From the IMG/VR virus record IMGVR_UViG_3300022555_000012: a DNA stretch of 64,000 nucleotides. One strand, written 5' to 3'. Positions 48,303 through 57,832 of the stretch are shown here, piece after piece; positions within the stretch are counted from its first letter, which is position 1, and each line of letters opens with the position of its first letter. Under the pieces are notes generated by a model. That model did not search any database. It was not told the DNA's origin and saw only the letters and a list, made by a program, of their open reading frames with translations. The position numbers and the translations under genes were made by a program. Source of the stretch: an uncultured virus (IMG/VR IMGVR_UViG_3300022555_000012) (Duplodnaviria; Heunggongvirae; Uroviricota; Caudoviricetes).

Positions 48303-48569
48303 TCATTTTTTATTCCGATACTTTATGGCCAACACAACCCAGGTCGTATTACAAATAACCAAGAAGATACCACCCATGAAACTCATCCACTGATTCAATG
48401 ATGGGTAGTAATAAAGATTCCACCATCCCCAAGCCGCAAACAAGGCATTCGCCGGCCAATAGACCCCCTTGACAACCTTGTCCTTCCAAATCTTCCACAC
48501 ATTCATCCAACACAAAAGTCCTGATCCCAACTCAAATGTGCCATTAATCAAATCATTTACCGGAATCAT
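48303..48569 (-). CDS. 3-TM membrane protein (PQ-loop/SemiSWEET-like size)
   Basis: 88 aa, three hydrophobic helices, KIWKDKVVKGV loop. Confidence 0.55.
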   Translation of the reverse strand: MIPVNDLINGTFELGSGLLCWMNVWKIWKDKVVKGVYWPANALFAAWGWWNLYYYPSLNQWMSFMGGIFLVICNTTWVVLAIKYRNKK

Positions 48570-51500
48570 TTATACCTTTTTGATAATAATGGGTTTTCCT
48601 CGTTCGTCAAAGAATCGAGTGCTTCCATCTCCGTCATCAAATTTAGACAACGGAACCACCCCAATCGTTCCTACCACGAAGTTATTCTTGAAGAAATCCC
48701 ATCCTCCCTGGAATACAAAGAACTTCGTCGTATCAATTCCATCCGTCATAAAGACGATATGCATTGAATTTCCGGCCTTCGAGATATGCTGCTTTATACC
48801 TACAATTTCTCCAAATACCAACACCTTCTTTTTATCCACAGGAACCTCTGCCGACAAATACCATCCTTCCTGTCGAATCCTCTCCTCGTAATTCTTATAA
48901 AGAATAGGCCTCGACAGGCACAAACCGATGACTTCTGTCTCTGCTTCATTCCACTGATCAACACTCTTGTCTTCCGGCAATTCCTTCTCTTTCCTGACTT
49001 TGTAGTATTCAGCCATCATCTCGTTCCGATTCCCAAAACAATTAAAAGCCCCAGCGGCGATCAAACTTTCAACAACCTTCTTACTTGGACGCCTGGCAGT
49101 AGGCTTCCTCTTTCCCTTCTCCGGCTTCTCTTCCTTCTTCTCGGGATCAACCGATGTATCTCCAGCCTCATCTGAAGCCTCTTCCTCCGGCTTGTCCTCG
49201 ACCTCATCCTTTGGCTCGACCTTTACCCGATCATAAAAATCTGCCATGCTGGTGAACGGCTGGAACGACTCAATGACTTTCGCGGCCTTCGCCACATTCT
49301 TGACCGTCCCGATCGCGAACCGAATCGAGTCTCCCTCGACTCTGAATTCTTCTCCACTCTTGTTGATGTCCGGTCCTAATACCTCAATCTCTCTCCGACG
49401 AGCATAATTGATATAATCCACGAGAACATTATTCGATCCAGGCTTCTTCTTCCCTAACTTCGTATTGTTTACCAAGGCAGTAATATACTGAATCGGAAAA
49501 TTGTGTTTCAACCACATTTCGACCGTTGTAATGGCACCATAAGACACCGCGTGTGAATTAGAAGAAACAATCCCATTGGCTAAGACATAATTGTGGGAAG
49601 AGTGAGATACTTCCAAGTCACACATTCGTCTGAAGCCCACAAACCTTGCTGATAACACTTTCCGAGTAGATACACACCCCGGTCGTGTCCGTCCAAAAGA
49701 CTCGTTAAGGTCTTCAACCATTCTTCCTTCAGTTTGAATTTCCCGTTCCCTCTCCAACAATCCATCCCCAACCGAATCAGAAGAATCCCTCGTTTCTCCG
49801 CTTCTTGATTCAGAAGGATATCCCTCTCGTGAACCTTTATTGCCGGATACCTCTTCTTGGCAAAGTCCATTCCGAAATGCCAACACCCGTCCACCTCGAT
49901 CCAAATCTCCGGACTCACAAAATCCACTTCTTTGACTATCGTCATGCAACGAACCTGAATCCTCTGCCGGAATACTCCCCTGAGCGATAGTAATTCCTTC
50001 CATAGCCATTCTTCCGACTTCGAATTCTTCGAGGCTCTTCTCCCCTTGAGCAAATTCTGAGAGAACTCTTGTGGATGATCGATTGCCCAACGCCTTAGAT
50101 TCTTGCCCCGCTGCAATAGTAAGTCTTCCCTCTTTGAGGTCTGAATCGCTGTCTGTGACGCCTTCTGTCTGAATTCCTGGGTACGATTCAATCTCGCCAA
50201 TGTCTTTCTTCTTATGGCAATCACACTTGACATTCCTGCCGCAGTCTGTCCCGCCTTTTGAGCCCTGGCAATTCGTGCCGTCGATGTCATTTGAGACACT
50301 GCATCGTGAGCCTTCAGTATGTTCTCCATGGCTTTCGGCAACCTGTTTTGACGAGTAATCTCTCTTGCCTTGAGACAAACCTGACGATGTTTTCGGCATG
50401 CTATCTCGTTGTTGAATTTCTCCAGACATCCCCTGCATACGACAAAGCCCGAAACTCGACAAAACTGATGCGTTTTGTTTTCCATCTTGTGTTTTTGAAG
50501 CATTCTCTTTGTCTTGAAAACTTCCAGACAAAAGTTGCACTTCCAGGTTTTCTTTGCCATTACCACACAACACCTCTCCATCAAACATTAATTCCCATAA
50601 AGGAACTTTACCAATCGCTGTCTCAAATTTATGAAGAATGCTACAAACAACCTTCTCACCACCACTAAACGTTACCTCGAAAGCTGGTAATATTCCATGA
50701 TCATGATTCTCAACAACATCCGTCTTGACCCACCCGGTCCCGTCAAAACAAACCACGATGTCTCCGGGAACGACATCTCCAATCTTCTTAACTTCTCCAT
50801 TACACAATACCGGAGAATTAATGTCAACTGATTTGTTAAAACCGTATCCGGCGAATTTTTCTATGGTTTCCCAAATCAATTCCACCTCTTCCAATGTTAT
50901 CTCGCCGGCATCAATCTTTGATTGAGCCCCCTTGACGAATTTTTCCTTGATCGAGATCATCAAAGACATAATCTTCTTTCCACAATTATGTATCACCATT
51001 CCATTTACGATCATATTTGGCTCACCGGAAAGTGCCGAAAAATCGTAAACGTCCATACTTATAGAAACGACATCATTAGAATTTTCATACTCATCGAACC
51101 AAAAGTCTGACTCCGCCAGATCAATCCAATCTTGATCTCCCGTCCTTCTTGCCGCCCTATCAAATCTCGTCCGAGATATTGGAGATGTATAGAATGTTCC
51201 ACTTTCATATCTCCCTGTCGAGGGATACTGATTAATCATTCTTTCGATGACTCTATGAGGTATCGTGTCTGTCGTAAAATTAGGATCAGACTTTCTCTCT
51301 AAAGCCAGACGAAACGCTTCCCTCTTATATACAGGCCAAAGATGAGTCAATTCCAACATCTTTTTCTGCTCGACGATATCATTTACAAACAACCTGTGAA
51401 ACCGACCATATACAGGATCGTTTTTCACACCAAGCAATGATCTGACACCGAATCGAAGCAGGAGATTCCGAACCTGTCTTATCATCCTCTCACTTTTAGA

Positions 51501-54500
51501 AGAATACTCGAATTGTCCGCTATTTTCTGTTGTTCCACCCTCTGCCCCCAACATAAACGACAGGAAATCTCGTGTTCTACCAATACTTAATGACATCATC
51601 GTGTCAGGTAAAAACTTCTTACCAGACAAACCTTTTCCGAGTGTCTTGAATATTTTCAAACAAGCCGTTTTTCTTATCCGATATACTTTTCCATCAGGGC
51701 TTAAGCTGCCATCTTGTTTTCCGAATTCACTTTCAAAAGCATCTACAAAAACACTCATGAATCCTGGATCATGACTTACAAATGTCGCCATGTTCCTTCC
51801 AGCAGGCGTATATCCCTCAGTCACCAATCCGGCAATCACGATTGAGATGTCTCGACTTAAATCATTTTTCCCGTCCCATTCTAATCTTCTGGCACAAACC
51901 ATCCTATCATCACTCGAAAGTCTCTGTTGTGCCTTCCAACCATCATCTGTTAGAAATTGATGCAATCGAGTCGCATCTGTAAAATAACCTGATCTTGTTT
52001 TTGTTCGACGGACTCTTTTCTTTCCTGTCTTCCATATTTCACCAATCTGTCCCCACTCCAACTTTCCATTTATTCCCTTTCTTAAGAAGAAATCATTTTT
52101 ATATCCTTCTTTCAACATTCGTCCCAATGTGATCGGACCTTTTGTTTTAGAAACAAATTCACTATCAATTGATATACACGCCTTACGAAGTTTATTCGAT
52201 TCGGCAGCCGTAAATCCGGATAACACCCTCGAAATACGCATTACATCTTCCTGATACACGATCAGTGAGTATGTCCCTGAGAGAGCCTTTCGAATGAAGT
52301 CAGGTGACAAATACTCTCCCCCCTTTTTACGACGAGCATATTCTAAAGGCATCCTTATTCCGTCAATATCTGCATCCATAGGACCAGGTCTAATCAACGA
52401 TGTAATCGCCGCAACATCATCCAATGATTCCATTCCCACTGCATCAGCGATAGGCTTTGTCTGCGGATTCTCAAACTGGAAAATACCAACCAGGTCCCTC
52501 TTTGAACCGAGGTAGATCGATTCCCGATCGCTAATCGGAATATCTTCGCGATTAATCTTTTGACCGGTGGTCTTCTCAATCAGCTTGATACAATCCGAAA
52601 TTATTGGCAAGTTTTTCAACCCCAGGATGTCATACTTAACTAATCCCACGGAACTTAGCTCCTGAACACTTCCCGACTCTGCCCAGGCTGAAATCACCTG
52701 TCTTGTCTCAGATGAAGGCTTGTCATAAAGCACCGGGATACGATCACGAAGATCCAAGTCCGAGATAATGACACCCCCGGCATGAGTTCCCATGTTTTTA
52801 ACCTGATTCCTCAATATCTCAGCGTGCCGACGAACTTCCGGATGCAATTCAAAATAAGCCTGCAACTCAGGATAATGTTTGCAGATATCTTCAAAGTCCA
52901 TCTGATCGACTTTCTGTTCCACCCCTTCATCATCCTCGAAGGCCCTCAACGGTTCAATTCTCTTTGTCACGATACTGACTTCGGCCAGATTCTCCCCGAG
53001 CGTCCTGGCGACATCCAGAATGACTGCCCGAGTCTTGTAGGTCGCATAAGTCCCGATGGAACAGACGTTGTTTGCCCCAAAGACCTCGACAATGTGTTGT
53101 TTGACCCAGTCCCTGACCCGAGGATCGAAGTCTGTGTCAATATCCGGCGGGTCTGGACGACCTTCTTCTAAAAATCGTTCAAACAGTAATCCATATTCTA
53201 CCGGGTCCACCCCAGTCAACCCCAGACAATATGAAACCAGAGAACCAGCAGCCGATCCACGACCATATCCCACAGCCCATTCTCCGAACTTGGCCCTGGT
53301 ATCCGTGATAATCCTCTCCATCACAAGGAAGTAGTCTCCCCATCCTGTCCTCGTGATTACCTCGAACTCCGACTTGATTCGTTTGAGATATTCACCACTG
53401 TTCTCTTTTTTAATCAAACCACGAGCGGCAAAACCGGCATTTACCTTCGCCCTCAATACTTCCTTGCCATTGTCATACAGTCTCGGCAATTTGATTGTTG
53501 AATCCAGAACGATATTCTGAGTTCCCAGGGCTATCTTTCGCGTATTGTCCATCGCCTCACAGAAGACATCATCCGTGAAAACATCGTCCCGAAAAGGCTT
53601 GTGTTCCCCGTCTGCATCCGTAAATCCCTCATCAAAGACCTTATACATCCCGCCGGCATCACGGTAATACAGATTCCTGACATCGAAACTCCACACATCA
53701 TCCTTCTCACGCTTCTCAACGATGGTCTTCTTCTGCCTTAAACACATCAGAACATCATGACTTTCAGCATATTCCGAATCAAGATAATGACTATCACAGG
53801 TCAAAACGAGGGGTGCTCCGACAGATCGAGCAAAGTTAATCAACCGGCGATTGGCCTCCCTCTGCTCCTCCATCTCAATAATCTGAATCTCGACATAGAA
53901 CTTGTCGAATACCCGATTGTAAAATTCGTATGTCTCTTTGGCTTCATCAGGCTTGTCCGCCATAAGCAGTCTGGGAAGCTCCCCAGCCATACAAGCCGAC
54001 ATCCCGATGATTCCCTTACCCCACTTCTCCAAGGCCTCCCTATTGACTCTGGGGGTGTAGTAGAACCCATTCAATTGAGCATCATTGTGAATCCGGATAA
54101 TATTGAAGAATCCCTCTTCAGTATTGGCAATAAGAACCAAGTGATTCGCAGACCGATGAGCTTTCTTTAATTCCGGATCATCACCACGATAATTGGAAAC
54201 ATACGCCTCCATGCCGAAAATGGCCTTAATCCCGGAATTCTTACAGGCATTGTATTGCTTGATCCATCCCCCGACGCTCCCGTGATTCGTAATAGAACAG
54301 AATGACCTGTTTTGAGCTTTCAACAGTCCGATCAATCCGGTCCATTTCTTCGCCGCCTTGTCATAGTAACCAATTGATCCAAGACCATCCTTGATGCTGA
54401 ACTCATCATGATGATGAAGACCAACGAACATATCTGAAATCGCATCAATGACCGCATCCTTGTATGGAATCAAGCCACTGTATCCCAGACCCTTCGTTCC

Positions 54501-54758
54501 TGTTGGATACTTATAAGAATACGAACAATCAACTTGTAGAACAACCTTCGCCTCGAAAGCCTCAATCTCCTGCCCAATATCAACTGTTGTTTTCGGCCAA
54601 GTCAAAGACACTTCGCTGTATGCTATTCCAAATTCATTGAGAAAATCCCGAATGTCTTGCTTCTTATCTGCCACAACCAGCAAGATATTCTTCTCGGTCG
54701 AAATCCTGTCATCCGCCGGAACCTTCTTCTCATCATAGAATTCTGTCAGCTTACTCAT
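48570..54758 (-). CDS. dnaE: DNA polymerase III alpha (family C) precursor with two inteins; about 1239 aa after splicing
   Basis: PHP motifs (HHHDEFS..DG, TNHG, GMEAY, DSHY), GRGSAAGSLV, PDIDTDF, HAGG, KYDILGL, IFQFE, RPGP, YQED, GFNK/SHA. Confidence 0.97.
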   Translation of the reverse strand: MSKLTEFYDEKKVPADDRISTEKNILLVVADKKQDIRDFLNEFGIAYSEVSLTWPKTTVDIGQEIEAFEAKVVLQVDCSYSYKYPTGTKGLGYSGLIPYKDAVIDAISDMFVGLHHHDEFSIKDGLGSIGYYDKAAKKWTGLIGLLKAQNRSFCSITNHGSVGGWIKQYNACKNSGIKAIFGMEAYVSNYRGDDPELKKAHRSANHLVLIANTEEGFFNIIRIHNDAQLNGFYYTPRVNREALEKWGKGIIGMSACMAGELPRLLMADKPDEAKETYEFYNRVFDKFYVEIQIIEMEEQREANRRLINFARSVGAPLVLTCDSHYLDSEYAESHDVLMCLRQKKTIVEKREKDDVWSFDVRNLYYRDAGGMYKVFDEGFTDADGEHKPFRDDVFTDDVFCEAMDNTRKIALGTQNIVLDSTIKLPRLYDNGKEVLRAKVNAGFAARGLIKKENSGEYLKRIKSEFEVITRTGWGDYFLVMERIITDTRAKFGEWAVGYGRGSAAGSLVSYCLGLTGVDPVEYGLLFERFLEEGRPDPPDIDTDFDPRVRDWVKQHIVEVFGANNVCSIGTYATYKTRAVILDVARTLGENLAEVSIVTKRIEPLRAFEDDEGVEQKVDQMDFEDICKHYPELQAYFELHPEVRRHAEILRNQVKNMGTHAGGVIISDLDLRDRIPVLYDKPSSETRQVISAWAESGSVQELSSVGLVKYDILGLKNLPIISDCIKLIEKTTGQKINREDIPISDRESIYLGSKRDLVGIFQFENPQTKPIADAVGMESLDDVAAITSLIRPGPMDADIDGIRMPLEYARRKKGGEYLSPDFIRKALSGTYSLIVYQEDVMRISRVLSGFTAAESNKLRKACISIDSEFVSKTKGPITLGRMLKEGYKNDFFLRKGINGKLEWGQIGEIWKTGKKRVRRTKTRSGYFTDATRLHQFLTDDGWKAQQRLSSDDRMVCARRLEWDGKNDLSRDISIVIAGLVTEGYTPAGRNMATFVSHDPGFMSVFVDAFESEFGKQDGSLSPDGKVYRIRKTACLKIFKTLGKGLSGKKFLPDTMMSLSIGRTRDFLSFMLGAEGGTTENSGQFEYSSKSERMIRQVRNLLLRFGVRSLLGVKNDPVYGRFHRLFVNDIVEQKKMLELTHLWPVYKREAFRLALERKSDPNFTTDTIPHRVIERMINQYPSTGRYESGTFYTSPISRTRFDRAARRTGDQDWIDLAESDFWFDEYENSNDVVSISMDVYDFSALSGEPNMIVNGMVIHNCGKKIMSLMISIKEKFVKGAQSKIDAGEITLEEVELIWETIEKFAGYGFNKSVDINSPVLCNGEVKKIGDVVPGDIVVCFDGTGWVKTDVVENHDHGILPAFEVTFSGGEKVVCSILHKFETAIGKVPLWELMFDGEVLCGNGKENLEVQLLSGSFQDKENASKTQDGKQNASVLSSFGLCRMQGMSGEIQQRDSMPKTSSGLSQGKRDYSSKQVAESHGEHTEGSRCSVSNDIDGTNCQGSKGGTDCGRNVKCDCHKKKDIGEIESYPGIQTEGVTDSDSDLKEGRLTIAAGQESKALGNRSSTRVLSEFAQGEKSLEEFEVGRMAMEGITIAQGSIPAEDSGSLHDDSQRSGFCESGDLDRGGRVLAFRNGLCQEEVSGNKGSREGYPSESRSGETRDSSDSVGDGLLEREREIQTEGRMVEDLNESFGRTRPGCVSTRKVLSARFVGFRRMCDLEVSHSSHNYVLANGIVSSNSHAVSYGAITTVEMWLKHNFPIQYITALVNNTKLGKKKPGSNNVLVDYINYARRREIEVLGPDINKSGEEFRVEGDSIRFAIGTVKNVAKAAKVIESFQPFTSMADFYDRVKVEPKDEVEDKPEEEASDEAGDTSVDPEKKEEKPEKGKRKPTARRPSKKVVESLIAAGAFNCFGNRNEMMAEYYKVRKEKELPEDKSVDQWNEAETEVIGLCLSRPILYKNYEERIRQEGWYLSAEVPVDKKKVLVFGEIVGIKQHISKAGNSMHIVFMTDGIDTTKFFVFQGGWDFFKNNFVVGTIGVVPLSKFDDGDGSTRFFDERGKPIIIKKV
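49557..50831 (-). mobile_element. DnaE intein 2 (425 aa; Ser1, SSN end, Ser+1) carrying an out-of-frame endonuclease
   Basis: Interrupts GFNK|SHA; block B CSILHKF, block F MCDLEV..HNY, block G NGIVSSN. Confidence 0.9.
49580..50560 (-). CDS. Vsr/DUF559-like PD-(D/E)xK endonuclease with Zn fingers, nested in the +1 frame of intein 2
   Basis: GAGGTG SD 10 nt before ATG 50560; CNFC..H..H, CRGC..H..C; SKSEEWL, EVDF, IEVDGCWH, RD, GILLIRL. Confidence 0.85.
   Translation of the reverse strand: MAKKTWKCNFCLEVFKTKRMLQKHKMENKTHQFCRVSGFVVCRGCLEKFNNEIACRKHRQVCLKAREITRQNRLPKAMENILKAHDAVSQMTSTARIARAQKAGQTAAGMSSVIAIRRKTLARLNRTQEFRQKASQTAIQTSKREDLLLQRGKNLRRWAIDHPQEFSQNLLKGRRASKNSKSEEWLWKELLSLRGVFRQRIQVRCMTIVKEVDFVSPEIWIEVDGCWHFGMDFAKKRYPAIKVHERDILLNQEAEKRGILLIRLGMDCWRGNGKFKLKEEWLKTLTSLLDGHDRGVYLLGKCYQQGLWASDECVTWKYLTLPTIMS
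50985..52178 (-). mobile_element. DnaE intein 1 (398 aa) with in-frame LAGLIDADG endonuclease
   Basis: LRKA|CISID...VIHN|CGKK; ATRLHQF, IAGLVTEG, FMLGAEG, LLLRFGV, VYDF. Confidence 0.92.
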
Positions 54759-55725
54759 ACTTCTCCTTCAAAACTCGATAAACCTTGTCTCCCCTGAATA
54801 CCGGAACAATAGGTCCATGCTTCTTCTTATCATTCTTGGAGGTAAAAACGAATCCTCTCCCAGACAACGTCTTGAAAAACCTCATAAACGTACTCAAACC
54901 CGGAATGTAATCCGTGGAGACAAACACATCTGCGAATGGTTCATTATACCCTGTCAACTCCCTGAATTGTTCAGTGGTCTCCATTTTTACTGGAACCGAT
55001 GTCGCCACATAATTTTTTGCCGAAATAGGAGAGATCGGAAACAAACTGTCCATGTCTACAGTCCTAACGATAATCTGACTTCCAGGTATCCATCCCTTAT
55101 GTAATGTCCGGCCATAAAAAGGGGAGACTCCAATTGTTTTCATTACCTCATTAACAGCCGGTAGTCCAGCGGTAATGACATCAGCCATCCGACCCATAGA
55201 GTCGCCTTCCAATACTGGATCATAAGTTTGAAACTCAGCGTCAATCGTGTCTTTATTGTCCCAGAATAGTGCCGCCCGATATGGCCTCTTTCCCGCATTC
55301 CTAACCAAAACCCCAAACGCCGCCAATTCTTCGACAATCGGGCAAGCATACATTCTCGAATTTGGGAACCTGGAACACAATTTTCCCATTGCTTCTGGAG
55401 ATAATACGACTGAACCACAGACACAGATAGGCATTCTGGTCGACAACTTGCGAAGATCATCCTGGCTGACATTATTACCCTTCCAATGTCCTTTACCAGT
55501 CTCCCATCCAAAAAGGCAATGCTTCTCATCTGTCCCGTCTGATTTTAAAACCATGAAAGTTCCAGACCATCCAGAAAGGAAGGCACACCCGGTCATCTCA
55601 TCAACTTCTCTGTCTTCTGAAATGAATGACCCTTCCGGGGCAGACAATGTCTTTCCTTCAAACCAGAAGTCCGAATCCAAGGACATCAAGATCCCGGAAT
55701 CTTTGTCATATCCGTATTTCTTCAT
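54751..55725 (-). CDS. Hypothetical protein
   Basis: Long ORF in the replication operon. Confidence 0.6.
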   Translation of the reverse strand: MKKYGYDKDSGILMSLDSDFWFEGKTLSAPEGSFISEDREVDEMTGCAFLSGWSGTFMVLKSDGTDEKHCLFGWETGKGHWKGNNVSQDDLRKLSTRMPICVCGSVVLSPEAMGKLCSRFPNSRMYACPIVEELAAFGVLVRNAGKRPYRAALFWDNKDTIDAEFQTYDPVLEGDSMGRMADVITAGLPAVNEVMKTIGVSPFYGRTLHKGWIPGSQIIVRTVDMDSLFPISPISAKNYVATSVPVKMETTEQFRELTGYNEPFADVFVSTDYIPGLSTFMRFFKTLSGRGFVFTSKNDKKKHGPIVPVFRGDKVYRVLKEKYE

Positions 55726-56849
55726 ACTTTGGCCAGGTCTGCCAGAATTGAGTTGTAAATATCTACTACCTGTTTCTTCACCGTGTGACCAAGTGCCACC
55801 ACTACCTTCGACAGTTTGGGAACATTTACCGCTCTGACGTCATTAATAGGATTCGGATAAGCCAAATAATATTTACCCACAGCCGCCAATACATTCGCCG
55901 TCAGATGTTGATCGGGATTAAATCCTGGAATCTTTCTGATCGTCGAGACAAACAAATTCAAAAACTTGACGGAATCCCCTAATTGCGAATCCAAATCCTT
56001 TCGTTCCATTCCAACCTGCCAATACAAAGCCTCAGACCAGAACACCTCAATGTTGCTTACCGTAGTAATTCCACCATCCGGCCTCGATGACCTCTCCGAC
56101 AATTTGAATGTGAATTTAGCCGGGAAACCTCTTTCGATGACACTGTAAACACAGTATTTTGTCATATTCGTTTTCAAATTCGACAATCTGTTGTAGATCT
56201 TGTCTTGGTCTGCCTCCGAGTCCCCGCCAGATGCCCTCAGAATCGCGTAGGACGCCCTCTCCAAAGCCTTGACGGGTCTTGAGTCATTGGCCACCGTGAC
56301 TGCCTCCCTGGCCGATTTTAGAGTCAAATGTTCGATATATACCGGGACTTCCAAGTTCGATCCGTAGACCAATGCCAGAAAAGCCAAACGATGCCGGCCA
56401 CTGATACACTCATATCTCCCATCGTAAATATCCTGGTGAATATAAAAAGGTGTCCACATCCGACCAGCCTTGAAAATCTCAGAACCAACTGCCAATATCC
56501 TGCTTAATAGGATGTCATCACGATTCAATCGATTCCTTACGTGACACTCCTGGGCTAATTCAGCCATAAGAACGTCAGACTGTATGTCATTCGTGATAAA
56601 CCCGATCTCTGATATTGGGATCTTCGGCCCAGTTTTACCTTCCAGTATTCTCTCAATAGTCGGTGGGCTCTTGATACCGGCTCTTTTGATCATAACCCTG
56701 AGAGCCTTTTGACGCCTGGTCTTCTTAGGCCGAGGACCCTTTTTCACCGGGACAACCGATTCCTTTGGGGTTTCCTGCCCGAACAGGTCATCACCTAATC
56801 CTCTGAATTCATCTTCTTCGCCAATAGGCGGGACAACACGCTTACTCAT
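55722..56849 (-). CDS. ParB/Srx-like domain protein
   Basis: WTPFYI...YECISGRHRLA. Confidence 0.6.
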   Translation of the reverse strand: MSKRVVPPIGEEDEFRGLGDDLFGQETPKESVVPVKKGPRPKKTRRQKALRVMIKRAGIKSPPTIERILEGKTGPKIPISEIGFITNDIQSDVLMAELAQECHVRNRLNRDDILLSRILAVGSEIFKAGRMWTPFYIHQDIYDGRYECISGRHRLAFLALVYGSNLEVPVYIEHLTLKSAREAVTVANDSRPVKALERASYAILRASGGDSEADQDKIYNRLSNLKTNMTKYCVYSVIERGFPAKFTFKLSERSSRPDGGITTVSNIEVFWSEALYWQVGMERKDLDSQLGDSVKFLNLFVSTIRKIPGFNPDQHLTANVLAAVGKYYLAYPNPINDVRAVNVPKLSKVVVALGHTVKKQVVDIYNSILADLAKV

Positions 56850-56864
56850 ATTTACCAGCCTCCA

Positions 56865-57791
56865 TTAACTCGAAACTGCAACTCGCTTCGAGGCTAGATA
56901 CTTCAAAACTTCTGGCCTCATGCCTGCCTTGTTCCCGGCCTTCTGAACAAGGTCATGAACATCCGTCGCTTCGGCCTCAAATTGGAGAAGTTCATTCGCG
57001 AAAGCATTGGCATCTCCGGTTCCTTCCCGTGCCACCTCTGCGATACTCTCTCCAAACACTTCCGTTCCTGCCCTTCCACATTTCAACTTACGGAGTTCGA
57101 TAACAGGTTCTTTCCCCTTTTCAATGGAGATTATCGCCACTTGAGGCCATCTCCCCGCATCAGCCGTTGATCTTCGAGCCAAACTCCCAGGGTTTACAAA
57201 CCAAGTATCGTCAACCTTATGCGGTTGGTATCCGTCATGCAAGTCTCCAGATACTATAAGTTCAAATCCCGTATTCCGGAGCGTATCAGTTCGGATCATT
57301 TCAAATGGTGCTTCATTACAGGTAATCAACTCGTGACACACCATAATGTTGACCAGGGAAGGATCTTTTGGAAGTGCGATTATGTCCGCAATCTTATCCG
57401 GCTCATGCTTCCCGTAAAGCATCACATCTCCAACCCGCGTTGGTTCCCATAGAATCACCATATTCCCACATCGTCGAACATAGAAAGCCAGAGTCGATGA
57501 AGGATATGTGGCCATATTGTGACCATAGATATCATGCTCTCCAACAACGAGATATGTCTTGAGTTTTGAACCACAGACAATATCCATCGAATCGGCAATT
57601 ACCTGATAGTTGAAAATACGGTAATAATTGAACCAATCACCTCCGAAAGCCACAAAGTCACAACCCTCTTCCTCGGCGATTTTGTAACATTCCCGTTGTT
57701 TGGCTACAAGAGCCATTGGAAAGTCATCAGTTCGATGACGTGGGTTTTCACCCGCTAAATGCGAATCGGTAAAGAATAAAAATTTTGTCAT
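56865..57791 (-). CDS. SbcD/Mre11-like metallophosphoesterase nuclease
   Basis: TDSHL, GGDWF, GEHD, CH, SGDLH, NPGSL.R. Confidence 0.85.
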   Translation of the reverse strand: MTKFLFFTDSHLAGENPRHRTDDFPMALVAKQRECYKIAEEEGCDFVAFGGDWFNYYRIFNYQVIADSMDIVCGSKLKTYLVVGEHDIYGHNMATYPSSTLAFYVRRCGNMVILWEPTRVGDVMLYGKHEPDKIADIIALPKDPSLVNIMVCHELITCNEAPFEMIRTDTLRNTGFELIVSGDLHDGYQPHKVDDTWFVNPGSLARRSTADAGRWPQVAIISIEKGKEPVIELRKLKCGRAGTEVFGESIAEVAREGTGDANAFANELLQFEAEATDVHDLVQKAGNKAGMRPEVLKYLASKRVAVSS

Positions 57792-57832
57792 GTCCCATTC
57801 TACTCTCGGACCAACAAATATTGCGGATTTTT

